Positions 10,064-21,671 are shown, counted from the stretch's first letter. The stretch is 64,000 nt of DNA from an uncultured Acidobacteriota bacterium (GCA_963731545.1 CAVSWN010000012.1:1123-65122), one strand, 5' to 3'. Numbers and translations are program-made. Notes: generated by a model not told the origin, from the sequence alone.

Positions 10064-11205
10064 CAGCGGGCGGTGTGCTGTCCGAGGGGCATCGATTCGC
10101 GCTCGACCGGCAGCGAAGCCGATTTGCGGGCGACGACGACCCCGGAGTCTCGATACACGGCTTCCAGCTGTCCGGTCTGCTCGAAGTACTGCCAGAACTC
10201 TTCTTCGGGGACGTAGCGCTGATACGCATGGTCCCCGTACATGTCGAACGTATTGGTCCACGCGGTCTTGAAATCGGGCATCAATGCGGAATGCAGCGCG
10301 ATTCCGCTCATCCGCGCCAGCCGGCCGACGATCGGCGCGTACGCGAGTGCGGCCATGTTGCCCGTGACCAGCAGCAAGGGGAAACGATCCAGTCGGCAGA
10401 GACGGCGACGGAGCCACTCCACGAACGCGAGCTTGGCGCGGCCGACCAGCCGCGTCGATCGCGTGTAATGCGTCGCGAGGATCAACCCCGACGGCCGCAC
10501 CATTCGGCTCAGTTCTTCGACCGCGCGGGCCGAGTCGCACGTGAACGGGATGACGCCCTCGCAATACGCCACGTCGAACTGATCGGGGCCAAGCGGGAGG
10601 GCGGTGAGATCGCCCTGCACGCCGACCCAGTTGGGGTTCAGCCGCAGCTTCCGCGCCACGACGTCAATGGCGTTGGACAAGTCGACGGACACCACGTCGG
10701 CTTGATTCGACAGCAGCCATCGCGATTGGTCGCCGCTCCCGGCGCCCGCGTCCAGCACGACCTTGCCCGCAAACGAACTGGGCTCCAGACGGAACCGGTC
10801 GGCGACACGCCAGCGCAAGTCGGTTTCCGAGCGAGTCGCGCTGTTCCAGGTCCACTGGAAGCCGAAGCTGTCGACGGTCGCCTCCGATTGAAACGAGTTG
10901 CCGGACGACGTGGATCGCTGCGGCGGCGGCGTCAAACCCAGCGGCGCAAGCCACTCCGCATGCCGCGCCGCGAGCTCCGGCGTCAACCGCGCGACACAAT
11001 CGACGATGGGATAGCCGACATTCGTGTTGGGAATCGCCAACGCTCCGCAGATCGGCACGCCGGCGGGGTTGCGAGCGGTGATCCTCGGCTGGAGCGGCAG
11101 TCCGCTCAGCGGATCGCGCCAGTGGAGCCGATCGAACAGCACATCGCCGTGCGTTGCCGCCGGTCGCGAGACGAAAGTGCGCGGAGGTGAATGCGGGACG
11201 GTCAC
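10063..11205 (-). CDS. Class I SAM-dependent methyltransferase with Trm112-like N-terminus
   Basis: VLDAGAGSG motif I, SFGFQW and FDVAYCEGV. Confidence 0.85.
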   Translation of the reverse strand: MTVPHSPPRTFVSRPAATHGDVLFDRLHWRDPLSGLPLQPRITARNPAGVPICGALAIPNTNVGYPIVDCVARLTPELAARHAEWLAPLGLTPPPQRSTSSGNSFQSEATVDSFGFQWTWNSATRSETDLRWRVADRFRLEPSSFAGKVVLDAGAGSGDQSRWLLSNQADVVSVDLSNAIDVVARKLRLNPNWVGVQGDLTALPLGPDQFDVAYCEGVIPFTCDSARAVEELSRMVRPSGLILATHYTRSTRLVGRAKLAFVEWLRRRLCRLDRFPLLLVTGNMAALAYAPIVGRLARMSGIALHSALMPDFKTAWTNTFDMYGDHAYQRYVPEEEFWQYFEQTGQLEAVYRDSGVVVARKSASLPVERESMPLGQHTAR

Positions 11206-12282
11206 GATATCCTCATCCTCGGCCGACGTACATCAAGTCGAAGTCGCTGTCGAGCGACTCCCACGACTCGTCGCCCTGATCGAGAAATGCCTGGGCCTGC
11301 CGATCGTTGGCGTGCGATGCGAACGTCAGGCGCTTCACCGACGGGAGCCACCAGCGCGCCACCCGGGCGATGTGCGGGTTGGAGCGTGACGTACACGATT
11401 TGATGGATGTCGCGGCCCAACGCCCACCGCACGATGCTCGCCAGGAACGGTGAGAGCGTCTCTTGCCGCATCTCGCCGTCGAGGCTCAAGAGGTGCAGGC
11501 GGCGGCACGGGCCGTCGACCACCCTGGCCAGGGCGCGGCATCGATCGCCCGTCCGACGGGGCTGGCTCGATCAACGCATACTCGCCGGCGTGTGGATGAT
11601 CGGTGATCCGCCATTTCAGGAAGTCGCACGATCGCTGGACGTGCAATGTCGATCCGAATTCGCGTCGCGTGAAGTCGTCGAGGTCAGCGGCCGGCGACAC
11701 CACCGGTTCCTCCTGCGACGTCGTCCGCGCCCGGCTCACGATGCGCGCGATCGACCCGAGCGCCGCAGCCAGCGCCTTTCGCCGGCCGGTTCTCCAGTCG
11801 GGATGTCGCTCGGGCCGCAGGTCCAACCTGAGCGCAACGGTCTGCTGCTGGATCGTCCACCCGCATTTCTCCAGCAACGACATCGAACGCGAGTTCCCGA
11901 AGCCCAGTTGCACCGGGCAGCTTGGCATCGCCGCCCGCGCCAGGGCGGTTCCGATTTCCCGTCCCTGGTGCTCGGGCAACACGGCAAGATCGACGAACCA
12001 CACCGCTGAGCACTCGTGACGGCCGCGGCGCAGCGTGACGGGGATCAGTCCCAGATGGCCGACGACCTCGTTCCGGTTCGTCGCGACGAGCGGCGACCAT
12101 TCCGGGCGGTCGCGGTCGATCCGGTAGAGCCAGCGCCAGTGCCGGTTGAGAAAGGATGCCCTCGCCGGAAACATGCGCTCGTAAAAGCGCTCCAGGTGCT
12201 CGGTCGGGACGCGCGTCGCACGTTCGATGCGGATCTTGCTGCTCGGCTGGGTGACGGCGGCGACCTCGTATCCGAGCATCAT
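11202..12282 (-). CDS. GNAT family N-acetyltransferase; frameshifted
   Basis: WRWLY, VDLAVLPEHQGREIG (acetyl-CoA loop) and FLKWR. Confidence 0.75.
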
Positions 12283-13301
12283 GAGGCGACCAGGTGCCGG
12301 CGCGCGCAGTCGGCTGCGGCGGACAGCGTCGAAGGCACCAGCACGCGGCCCAGTCGTTCGGCGAGGCGGCCGACCTGTTCCACGTTGGTGACCAGTCGAT
12401 CGCGCATGGTTGGCGACAGCAGATCATCGGCGTGGAAATAGGTGCTGATGAAGCTGGCGTGGGATGAACCGTTGACGCTCTCTTCCAGCGCCTGCCCGAA
12501 CGACGTGGGGCGCGCGGTCAGGAGCACACCCTGGTACCCCGAGCTCGTCCAGTCCGTCAGGTCCGGCGTCTGGCTCCGCAGCCCTCGCAGCCGGCGGAGG
12601 CAATAACGGGACCCGTGGAGCGTCGGACCCAGTCTTCGAACCAGCGACGGCATCTCGAGAATTCCGACGGCCTCGTCGGGGGTCGCCGCCGGCAACCGGT
12701 AATCTTCCCTGGAGGGCAGGTAGGGCGTTCGCGGCGCGCCGCGCCAGTCGAAATACCACGTGCCGCTTTGAACCGTGCCCGGCACCGCTGACGCATCAAC
12801 CGCCAGCCGCTCGCGGGCGAGCAGCCGCAGCAGACCATTCGACTGATACGCCCAGCCGATGCGAACCGCGCGGATCTCTGCACAGCGGCGCAGTGCCGCG
12901 AGACAGCTGCCGACGATTTCGAGGTCGTCATCCTGCCCGAGGTATTCCACCCAACGGCCTTCACGATCGCCCCACCGATACAGGTGCGGATGCCATCCGA
13001 CTTCGCCGCCGAGCTTCATTTCGGCGTCCCAGATCGGTTCGAATCGTTTGAAGCAGAACGCCGGATCGCCATAGACCGTACGAATCTGCCGATCCGCGCG
13101 CAGCAGCCACGTGATCGGCAGCTGCCCGTAGGTGTCGGTGAACGGGCTCTCGCGGAGCCGGTCGCGCAGCGCCGGTATGCCGGTCGAAATGCCCCGCCAA
13201 TTCGCATTCCATGATCCGGCTGGCGGTGACGGCGTCTTCGGGTTGGCGTCGGGATCGGAGTCGCAGGAAATACAAAGATAGATTCGCTGTCTGCGCGTCA
13301 T
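12279..13301 (-). CDS. Polysaccharide deacetylase-like (WalW-like) protein
   Basis: CISCDSD, PITWLLRAD, EVGWHPH and YFHA metal-ligand-like motifs; ATGA overlap with the upstream GT. Confidence 0.65.
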   Translation of the reverse strand: MTRRQRIYLCISCDSDPDANPKTPSPPAGSWNANWRGISTGIPALRDRLRESPFTDTYGQLPITWLLRADRQIRTVYGDPAFCFKRFEPIWDAEMKLGGEVGWHPHLYRWGDREGRWVEYLGQDDDLEIVGSCLAALRRCAEIRAVRIGWAYQSNGLLRLLARERLAVDASAVPGTVQSGTWYFDWRGAPRTPYLPSREDYRLPAATPDEAVGILEMPSLVRRLGPTLHGSRYCLRRLRGLRSQTPDLTDWTSSGYQGVLLTARPTSFGQALEESVNGSSHASFISTYFHADDLLSPTMRDRLVTNVEQVGRLAERLGRVLVPSTLSAAADCARRHLVAS

Positions 13302-14436
13302 GCGATACGGGCCACTTCGGTCAGATAGGAGAACGTGTCGTGAGCGCAGCGCTCCCACGAGTACTCGCGAGCGCGCTCGTAGGCCGACCAAGCGTGCCGC
13401 TCCCGACGGTCGGGATCGTGCAGCCACTCGTCGAGGGTTCGAGCCATCTCCGCCGGGCGTTCCGGGTCGTCGAAATACGTGCCGGTGTCGCCCAGGATTT
13501 CCGGCATCGGTCCCCGCGCCGAACAGACGATCGGCAGACCCGCGGCCATCCCTTCGAGCAGGATGTTCGGCATGTTCTCGCAGCTCGATGCGAAGACCAG
13601 GCCGTCGGCGCCGTGGTAGTGCGACGCCAGCTCGGAGGAATGGACGTGCCCGTTGTAGCGAATGAACGCTCCGTCCGGGTCGGCCTGGCGCATGGCCTTT
13701 CGCAGTCGCAACAGCGCCGGCGGATACGCCGGCCCGATGAGATCGAGTGCGACCGGCAGGCCTTGCTGCCGCAGCCGGCCCACGGCATCAACCACGTGCC
13801 ACTGATGTTTGTAGACGTCGACGTTCGAGACGTACAGAAGCTTGAACGGTCGACTGAAGGAATACGCGCCGAGCGGCTGCTGTCGGCGCGGCGCCAGACG
13901 AAAGCGTTCGCTGACACCGTGCGGAATAATCGGCTGCCGCCCGTCGAGGCCGATCGTGCGCGCGACGACCGCGCGGGCGTAACCCGACAGGAACACCAGG
14001 CCGCTCGCCCGGCGAAACGTCGCGGCTTGCAGCGTCGCGGAGAATCAGCATCTTGACGCGCATCGAGGAGAAGCCGTAGCGATCGCGCTCCGGCTTTTCG
14101 AACGGCAGAAGATTTCGCGACATCGTCACGAACGGCCGGAACGTGCCGGCATACGAGCCGCCCGGCACGAACAGCGCATCGCACGACGCGCGCGCCAGCT
14201 TCGAGAGCGTGAGCGACTGCCAGCGGATGCGCGCCCAGAGCGGGCCGTCGAGGATCGGGTCGTGCGCCAGACTCGAGCCAGGGCCTCGCCGGCAGCTCCG
14301 CGAGCGTGCGCGCGCCGGCCCAGATCACCACGCGCGTCACGCCGTGACGCTCGGGGCGCGCCGCGCCGAGCAATTCGCGGAGATGGGTCACTCCGCCGCC
14401 CAGACGGAGATTCGACGCGTCGATGCCTACTCGCAT
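13298..14436 (-). CDS. Glycosyltransferase family 4; frameshifted
   Basis: MRVGIDAS..GGG, YKHQ and SCENMPNILLEGMAAG, across three frames. Confidence 0.88.
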
Positions 14437-14441
14437 GGCCG

Positions 14442-16349
14442 TCAAATCGTCACGCGATTTCGCTCTGACCACTCGCTGAGCACGACGAGGGCCCAGACGC
14501 GCGACCAGGTGATGCCGGCCTGCCGATCGAGAAACGTTTTCCAGATTTGCGCGGCCACGGAGGGGTCGAGCCCGAGATTGGCGAACCGCGACTCGTTGCG
14601 GAACGCCTCGTCGGCAAACGGGCGCAGGTGGACGCGCAGCCACCGTTCCCACGGGAAGGTGAAACCTTGCTTCGGGCGCGCAAAGATCTCGGTGGGAATC
14701 AACCCCTCGAGAGCCTTCAACAGCAGCGGCTTCGGCAGGTGGCGATCCAGCTTCAAGTCTCCGGGCACGGCGGCGACGGCTTCGACGACGCGGCGATCCA
14801 GGAACGGCACGCGGAGCTCGAGCGAGCGGGCCATGCTCATCACGTCGCCGTCGCGCAGCAGCATGTTGGCGAGAAACGTGCGGCTCTCGAGCAGCGATAC
14901 CTGGTTCACCGGATCGAGTCCGTCGACGTCGGCATGAAGCGATTCATGGAGGCCGTGCGGCAGCCCGTGGACCATCCCATCACCGCCGGCCGGAAACAGC
15001 GCGCGGCGGACGTGAGGCAGATACAGCTGACGCAGGAGCAGATACGTCGTCAGCGCATCGGTTCCGCTGGAGAGGCATTGTCCGAGCTTGGAGACACGGC
15101 TGCTGCGCTTCTGGGTTTCGAGCGGCCGCGTCAGCGCGCGCATCATCCACGACGGCATCGGCAGCCGTTTCCGCCACGCCTGAGCGGCGGCGACCCGCCG
15201 GAACGTCGGGTAGCCGGCGAAGAGCTCGTCGCCGCCCTGGCCGGAGAGCACGACGGTCACGCCGGCCCGCCGAACGGCGCTCGCGATGACGAACACATTC
15301 GTCCCGTCGACGCTCGGTTGATCGAGCGCTTCCACCGCGTCGGGCAGCATCTGCAGCAAGCCCTGTTCGGAGACGCAGATTTCTTCGTGGTTGGTCTGAC
15401 ACTGCCGGGCCATCGCGCGCGAATACGGCGCCTCGGAAAACTCGCGCTCCTGAAAGGTCACCGAGAAGGTGCGCAGGGAGCTTTCCTGCTGGCTCGCCAG
15501 CGCGAGCACCGCGCTCGAGTCGATGCCGCCGCTCAAGAGCACGCCCGTCGGCACGTCACTGATCAGGTGCTGGCCGGCCACGCGTTCCAGCAGATTGCGA
15601 AGCGCCGGGCCGTCGATGGCAGGCTGCTGAGCGGCGCTGTCCATCCTGGCGTACGGCGCATGCCAGTACGGATGAGGGCCGTCGAGCTCACCTCCCGCGC
15701 GAACACGCAGGTACGTGCCTGGCAGCAGGCTGGACACTCCCGCGATGATCGTGTTCGGCGCTTGAACCGCGCCGTAGCTGAGATAACTCTCCAGGCCGAC
15801 CGGATCCATCCGCCTCGGAACGAGCCCGGTCCCGAGCAGGCTCCGAAGCTCCGACGCGAACAGGAAGCGCCCGTCCGAATCGGAATGGTAGTAAAGCGGC
15901 TTGATGCCCATCGGATCGACCGCGAGGAACAACTCGTCGGCGGCGCGGTCGAAGATCGCGAACGCAAACATGCCGCAGAGATCGTCCAGAATCCGGCGTC
16001 CGCGAAGGCCGTACCCCTTCAACAGGACTTCCGTGTCGCTCTGGGACGTCCAGCCGCTCTCGGGCTGCCCGAGCGTCTTGCGCAGCTCGCGAAAGTTGTA
16101 GATTTCGCCGTTGTACACAATCCAGTTGCCGGTGCCCTGGTCGTACATCGGCTGGCGCGCCTTCTCGGACATGTCGATGATGGCGAGGCGGCGATGCACG
16201 AGCATCAGCCGGCGGTCCGGCCTCGACACGTCGAGAATTTGCTGCCCTTCCTCGTCAGGACCGCGATGCCGCATCGAGCGCCCGAGCGCGTCGCCGAGCG
16301 CGGACAGTCCTTCGAGTGGAGGGCCGAGGTAGCCTGCGATTCCGCACAT
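14442..16349 (-). CDS. asnB: Asparagine synthase-like amidotransferase (glutamine-hydrolysing)
   Basis: MCGIAG start, HRGPD, YNGEIYNF, LLSGGIDSS, SGQGGDELFAGY and RPKQGF. Confidence 0.95.
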   Translation of the reverse strand: MCGIAGYLGPPLEGLSALGDALGRSMRHRGPDEEGQQILDVSRPDRRLMLVHRRLAIIDMSEKARQPMYDQGTGNWIVYNGEIYNFRELRKTLGQPESGWTSQSDTEVLLKGYGLRGRRILDDLCGMFAFAIFDRAADELFLAVDPMGIKPLYYHSDSDGRFLFASELRSLLGTGLVPRRMDPVGLESYLSYGAVQAPNTIIAGVSSLLPGTYLRVRAGGELDGPHPYWHAPYARMDSAAQQPAIDGPALRNLLERVAGQHLISDVPTGVLLSGGIDSSAVLALASQQESSLRTFSVTFQEREFSEAPYSRAMARQCQTNHEEICVSEQGLLQMLPDAVEALDQPSVDGTNVFVIASAVRRAGVTVVLSGQGGDELFAGYPTFRRVAAAQAWRKRLPMPSWMMRALTRPLETQKRSSRVSKLGQCLSSGTDALTTYLLLRQLYLPHVRRALFPAGGDGMVHGLPHGLHESLHADVDGLDPVNQVSLLESRTFLANMLLRDGDVMSMARSLELRVPFLDRRVVEAVAAVPGDLKLDRHLPKPLLLKALEGLIPTEIFARPKQGFTFPWERWLRVHLRPFADEAFRNESRFANLGLDPSVAAQIWKTFLDRQAGITWSRVWALVVLSEWSERNRVTI

Positions 16350-16416
16350 GGTTTGGAGAAACCTTCGCCTGGGGGTGATTCGGGTTGTCGTGCTGGTCGG
16401 GAGCGGTGAGGAGATG

Positions 16417-17505
16417 CTATTGCGGTCGCTGAAACCCGAGCACGATCTTCGCGACCGTGGTGGCGACGTTGGTCTCCAGATACTCGCTCGGCGGCGTCCA
16501 GGCGCGGTCCGTGCCCAGCACCAGTTCGACGGCCCGAAGGATGGTCTGCGGATCGGCGCCCGCGAGAATGTTGCTGCCGGCGTCGAGGGTTTCGGGACGC
16601 TCGGTGACATCGCGAATGGTGACGTTGGGCACTTCCGCGATGCAGCACTCCTCCTGCACCGTGCCGCTGTCCGTCAAGACGCAGCGTGCATGACGTTCGA
16701 GCTTGACGAAATCGAAAAAGCCCAGCGCGTCCACCATGCGGACGCGAGAGGACGCGACGCGCAGACCGTTGCGCGAGATCTTGTCCGCCGTCCGCGGGTG
16801 AAGGCTGACGATGAGCGGCGCGGCGAAGGTGTCGGCGACGAGCGACAGGCCCTGCAGCAGCAACGCCAGGCGCGCCGGATCATCGACGTTCTCGGACCGG
16901 TGCAGCGTGGCGAGGAAATAGTCGCCGCGGATCACGCCCAGGCGTTCCAGGATGTCGCGGGCTTCGATCTGCTCCTCATGCGCCTTGAGCACGGAATAAA
17001 TCGGGTTGCCCACGACGAAGATGCGTGGGAGGTCGATGCCTTCACGCAGCAGGTTCTCCTTGCTGCGGTGCGTGTAGGGCATGAGGATGTCGCTGCAGTG
17101 ATCGATGACGCGGCGGTTGATCTCTTCGGGCACCCGGTTGTCGAAACATCGGTTGCCGGCTTCCATGTGGTACACGCCGATGCCCATGCGGGCCGCGACG
17201 AGCGCCGCCAACCCGCTGTTGGTGTCGCCCAGGATGAGCAGGCGATGGGGCTTGACCTCGTCGAAGACTTGCGCGGCGCGCTGGACGATCTGGCTCATCT
17301 GCTCGCCAAAGCACGTGGCCTGCACGCCCAGATGCGTATCGGGCGCCCGGAGGCCAAGGTCCTCGAAGAAGATGTCGCTCAACGCAGGGTCGTAGTTCTG
17401 CCCGGTGTGGATCAGCGTGTGCTCGCAGTGACGATCCAGCAGCGGAATGATCTGGCTGAGGCGGATGATTTCCGGCCGGGTGCCGAATACCGTGGCCACT
17501 TTCAT
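16417..17505 (-). CDS. UDP-N-acetyl-sugar 2-epimerase, FnlC/WbjD/QnlB-type (WecB family)
   Basis: GTRPEIIRLS, HTGQNYD, LGDTNS, HMEAGNRCFD..PEEINR and TDSGTVQEE. Confidence 0.92.
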   Translation of the reverse strand: MKVATVFGTRPEIIRLSQIIPLLDRHCEHTLIHTGQNYDPALSDIFFEDLGLRAPDTHLGVQATCFGEQMSQIVQRAAQVFDEVKPHRLLILGDTNSGLAALVAARMGIGVYHMEAGNRCFDNRVPEEINRRVIDHCSDILMPYTHRSKENLLREGIDLPRIFVVGNPIYSVLKAHEEQIEARDILERLGVIRGDYFLATLHRSENVDDPARLALLLQGLSLVADTFAAPLIVSLHPRTADKISRNGLRVASSRVRMVDALGFFDFVKLERHARCVLTDSGTVQEECCIAEVPNVTIRDVTERPETLDAGSNILAGADPQTILRAVELVLGTDRAWTPPSEYLETNVATTVAKIVLGFQRPQ

Positions 17506-18545
17506 GCGACGGCCTCTTGATACGGGTGCTCGATGTACGGTGCGAGCATCTCCCGCAGCATCTTGGTGTCTGCAGTCACGCGCGCCGACGAGTACTCTTC
17601 GGGTCAACGCGGGCTCGATCGGATCGCGCTGCAGTTCGGGCAGCAGCGGGCAGATCACGTAATACCCGTCCCGCTCGATCGTGCGGTGACACTCTTCTTC
17701 CGACACCAGAATCTCGTGAATCTTCTCTCCGGGCCGAATTCCACTGTACACAATCGGGATGGCGGAACCGTTGATCATCGCAAGCGCCACGTCGGTTACG
17801 CGGGCCGCCGTGACCCGAGGCACGTAGGTCTCGCCCGGCCGGGCCCCGGTCATCGCGGCAAACACCGTATCGACGGCGCGATCCAGGCTCAGGAGGAAGC
17901 GCGTCATCTCCTTCACCGTCACGGTGACGGGCCCTCCCTCCCGGATTTGCTCGAGAAAGAAGCGGGACGACCGACCCGCGCGACGCCAGCACGTTGCCAT
18001 AGCGCACGCAGACGAACCGTGTCTGCGTGGCGCTCATATTCATCTCGATGAGGATTCGCTCCTGCAGGGCCTTGGTCATGCCCATCACGTTGATCGGCTT
18101 GCAGGCTTTGTCGGTCGAGATGCCGACGACGGTTTCGACCGACGTCTGATTCTCGCGAACGGCGCGCACGAGGTTCTGCGCGCCCAGGATGTTGGTCTGC
18201 ACGGCTTGATAGGGGAAGTACTCGCACGTCGGCACCTGCTTCAACGCCGCCGCGTGCACGATGACATCCGCGTCCTGTACCGCCCGCAGCACGGATGGAT
18301 AGTCGCGCATGTCGCCGATGCAGAACGAGAGCAGGGCCCGCGACGATTCGATAGATCACCTCGTCGGTGGCCGCCCGCCGCTTGAAGTAGGACAGCCGCA
18401 TGACGTGCTGCTTCGCCTCGTCGCGCGAGAAGATGCAGACCTTGGCCGGGCGCCCCATCTCGCCGGTCAGGATGCGATCGACGATGCGTCGCCCGAGGGA
18501 TCCGGTGCCGCCGGTAATCAGGACGCGTTTGCCATCGAGGAACAT
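17502..18545 (-). CDS. fnlA: UDP-GlcNAc 4,6-dehydratase/5-epimerase, FnlA/WbjB/CapE-type; frameshifted
   Basis: ITGGTGSLG, FSRDEAKQ, HAAALKQVP.CE, STDKA..PIN.MG.TK, RYGNVLASRGSV and RPGEKIHE. Confidence 0.88.
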
Positions 18546-19423
18546 GATTGTCGCCTCCGGAAGTCGTAGGGCGCTGCATCCACGAGCATCTCGCGGATCA
18601 TGTGCTCCCACGGAGAAGGTGTGAAACCCACGGCGGCGCGGAACCGGCTGGAGTCCAGGCTCAGGTCCACGCTCACCTCGAAGTCCGGCTTGATGGAAAT
18701 GTCAGCCGGCAGGAGGTCGCGCACCATGGTGAGAAGCGCGTACTTCGTAATCGGGTCCGACGAGACGTGATAGAGCCCCTCCAGGCTGGCGTGGTGCTCG
18801 ACCACGTCGGCGACGATCCTCGCCAGCGTGATCGTGGGCATGCCGGAATAGATCGCGCGAACGAACCCGCGGACCTGGCCGGCGCGTTGACTCAGGAACC
18901 ACTCCAGCAGGCCGGTCGTTCCGGAGAGCTGGCGGCCGATGATGGAGGTGCGCAGCGTCAAACAGCCCGGTTCGTCCACCTCGCCCACCGCTTTGGTGCG
19001 GCCGTAGAGATCCGTCGCATCGGTCGGATCGCTCTCGGTGTACATCCCCTTGCGTCCGGAAAACACGCAGTCGGTACTGATGTGAATCAGGCGCGCGTGC
19101 GCGGCGCGGCACACGCCGGCCAGACGGTGGGGGAAGAGCGAGTTGACGGTCAGCGACGCGATCGCATCTCTCGCCGCCGGCCGCTGCTTGACGATCCCGA
19201 TGGCGTTGATGACCGCGTCGGGCTGCACGGCGTCGATGGCTCGAACGACGGTGTCGAAGTCCATCGCGTCGACCCGGTCGACGAGCCGTTCCGGATCGAA
19301 GAAGGCCGCCGGCGCATCCGCCTCGGCGTTGCGCACGGTGACCCATGTATCGAAGCGCGGGTTGAAGACCTGCCAGAGCTTGTGCCCCAGCATTCCCGTT
19401 CCGCCCAAAATGAGTACGCGCAT
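18518..19423 (-). CDS. RmlD-like NAD(P)-dependent sugar-nucleotide reductase (QnlA/WbvR-like)
   Basis: GGTGMLG, INAIGIVK, HISTDCVFSG, YGRTK and RTSIIG. Confidence 0.85.
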   Translation of the reverse strand: MRVLILGGTGMLGHKLWQVFNPRFDTWVTVRNAEADAPAAFFDPERLVDRVDAMDFDTVVRAIDAVQPDAVINAIGIVKQRPAARDAIASLTVNSLFPHRLAGVCRAAHARLIHISTDCVFSGRKGMYTESDPTDATDLYGRTKAVGEVDEPGCLTLRTSIIGRQLSGTTGLLEWFLSQRAGQVRGFVRAIYSGMPTITLARIVADVVEHHASLEGLYHVSSDPITKYALLTMVRDLLPADISIKPDFEVSVDLSLDSSRFRAAVGFTPSPWEHMIREMLVDAAPYDFRRRQSCSSMANAS

Positions 19424-19431
19424 GATGACGT

Positions 19432-20871
19432 CTATCGCGCGAGCGGTTCGAACTCGGCGCGGCTCGCCCACCGCGCGGTACGGCCACTGGACGTTGCCGC
19501 CGCAAGCCGTCTCGCGATCAACAGGCGCAGGCAGAATGAGGAGACACAGCGCGATCACGCGCATCAGCTGCATGATCGCGGTCTCCGGCGTGGTGTAGAG
19601 CGTCAGCAACGTCGGCAGTGCGATGGCCGACAGGCCGACTCCGCGCGCAATGACACCGGGCGAGAGCAAGAGCGTGTTGAGCGTGTAGAGGTAGAGCGCG
19701 TTGGTCACCGCGAGCACGATCAGACCCGCATACCCAAGCTGCCAGATCGCGATCGCTGCCGGCGACACGTTCACGTTTCCGCTGTCGGGCGCCATGCCCA
19801 CCGCAACCGCGACGAGGCGTGAGGGATGGCCGGCGTAGGTGCCGTCGATACTGCCCGGCACAGGTTTGGACTCGACGAAACGCCTGGGAACCAGCGACAG
19901 CACCGCGCCCTCGTACGGCAGCCACCCCGCGGCGCCGACGCCGAGCCGCTCGATCAGCAGCGCTCCCGTCGAGAAGCTGTCGAATTTCGTGACGATCTCG
20001 CCGAGCAGCGACTGCCCCAGCGCGACGGGCGACCGGTTGGTCTGAACGAGCTCGACGGCGCCGGACACGATGTCCCCGCCCGTCATCGACGACTCGGCGC
20101 TGCGGTACTCGCCAATCACGAGGACGGCGAGGCCGCCGACCGCGAGCGTGGCGCAGCCGGCGGCGGCAAGACGCGCGGCGAATCGCTGGACCGGCCAGCG
20201 CATCGCTGCGCCGTACAGGAGCAGGAGAATCAGCGGCAGCAACGCCGCGATGCGGCTGCCTTCGACCAAGCCCCTGGAGGGTGATGAGCCCGACCCAGAC
20301 CATCACGGCACTTCGCACCAGGCGGCCGCTCATGCTCGACGGCCAGCGCGTCATCAATGCGGCGAACGCGAAGCCGGTCAGCAGCACGTGTCCGAAGCTC
20401 AGGAGCCCGATGTCGCGAAACGCGGCGGTCTCGCCACCCGTCACCGCAAACGCATTCCGCTCGCCATAGGTGCTGCCGAGCGTGTCGCCGTACCCGATCA
20501 GCGGTGTACCAGTCGAGCGCCATCCCGAGCAGCACCAGGACCAGCGCCGTTTTGGCGCCGACGCCGACGCGCGCCATGGCGCTGCGCGTGAACGGGGCGA
20601 AATACGGCTTGGACCAGAGCAACGCCGTCAGGCTCACCGCCATGGTGATCGCGTCCAGGGTGGCCACTCGCGCGAACGCGTCGAGGTCGACGATCGCGAG
20701 GCGGGTCAGGCCGTTCCACATCGGCACCGAGATGAACACCGGCACGACGTGCCACATCAGGACGAAGCAGGCGATCGAAGCCGACAGCACGAAGGACACA
20801 TCCCGGCTGCGCAGGAGCCGGAACACGACCCACATCAGGACGATCTCGGACAGGATGGCGATGAGACCCAT
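19432..20871 (-). CDS. Multi-pass membrane protein, candidate Wzy polymerase; frameshifted
   Basis: Roughly ten or more hydrophobic segments, a periplasmic loop with VPRRF..KP, and position within the polysaccharide locus. Confidence 0.55.
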
Positions 20872-20884
20872 GGAATCCGCCTGA

Positions 20885-21671
20885 TCAGGCGGGCAGCTTT
20901 CGCAGAACTCCGAAGATGTTGGCTCGCAGGCCAGCGAGCAGCGCGGAACTGTTGACGAGGCGTTCGTACGCCATCATCGGGTAGAACAGCAGCGCGTGGC
21001 TGCGTCCGTACCAGGGTTCCGCTTCGACCGTCGGCAGCGCGACCGTCGCGAGTCCCGCCGACCGCGCGAGCTGCTCGATCGTGCGCCTGGTGTTGGCGCG
21101 ATAGAAAGTCGGATACGGATCGTGCGCGTCGACGAGCGCACGCATCCGATTCGCCAGGGCGTCGTGGACCGCGTGCGGGACGCATCGCGACGCGAGCACG
21201 ATGTAGTGCCAGATGTTGGGGGTGCGGAAACAATACACGCCACCGGGCTTCAGCACCCGGCTGACCTCCGCAAAATGCTGCGCCGGGTGGGCAACATGCT
21301 CCAGCACGTAGTTCGAGACGCAGGCGTCGTACGACTCCGCCTCGAAGGGAAACGCGTGTCCCGTCGAACACATGCGTGGACGTGAGGTGGGAATTCATTC
21401 GCACCTCGTCCGACACGTCCAGGCCGGCGACGCGTCCGATCGTGGCGAGACACGCGGACGTGGCGTTTGAGGGGCCGGCGCCGATCTCCAGAATCGCCGC
21501 GCCCTCCGCAATCGACTCGCGGCAGAGCCGGTGAAACAGCGCCGTGCCATCGATGAAGTCGGGACGGCCATAGTCGTACTTGGCGAACAAGCGGTCGATG
21601 CGCGCATCCGGCCGCGTCGCTGGCGCGAACGGAGCCGCGACACCGTCACGCCGTGCGATGCCTTGATCCAC
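20885..21671 (-). CDS. Class I SAM-dependent methyltransferase; frameshifted
   Basis: LEIGAG, FPF...YD, VLEHV, RVLKPGG and TPN; GGAGG RBS before the GTG at 21671. Confidence 0.85.

Noticed and set aside
7520-10564. Apparent 1014 aa GT2-MurJ fusion
   Set aside because: An alternative frame gives a natural GT2 C-terminus ending TGA overlapping the flippase ATG (9052-9054), so the fusion is explained by one indel.
14442-16349. asnB as a lasso-peptide cyclase
   Set aside because: It retains the N-terminal Cys glutaminase domain and sits in a glycan locus with no B protein or precursor peptide.
6291-17520. Long plus-strand ORFs (e.g. 6291-7853, 8327-10216, 14547-16409)
   Set aside because: Antisense shadows of minus-strand genes caused by high GC3; no recognisable motifs.
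18518-20269. Apparent Wzy-like/RmlD-like fusion (583 aa)
   Set aside because: An alternative frame stops at 19432 just before the reductase ATG at 19423; frameshift artefact.
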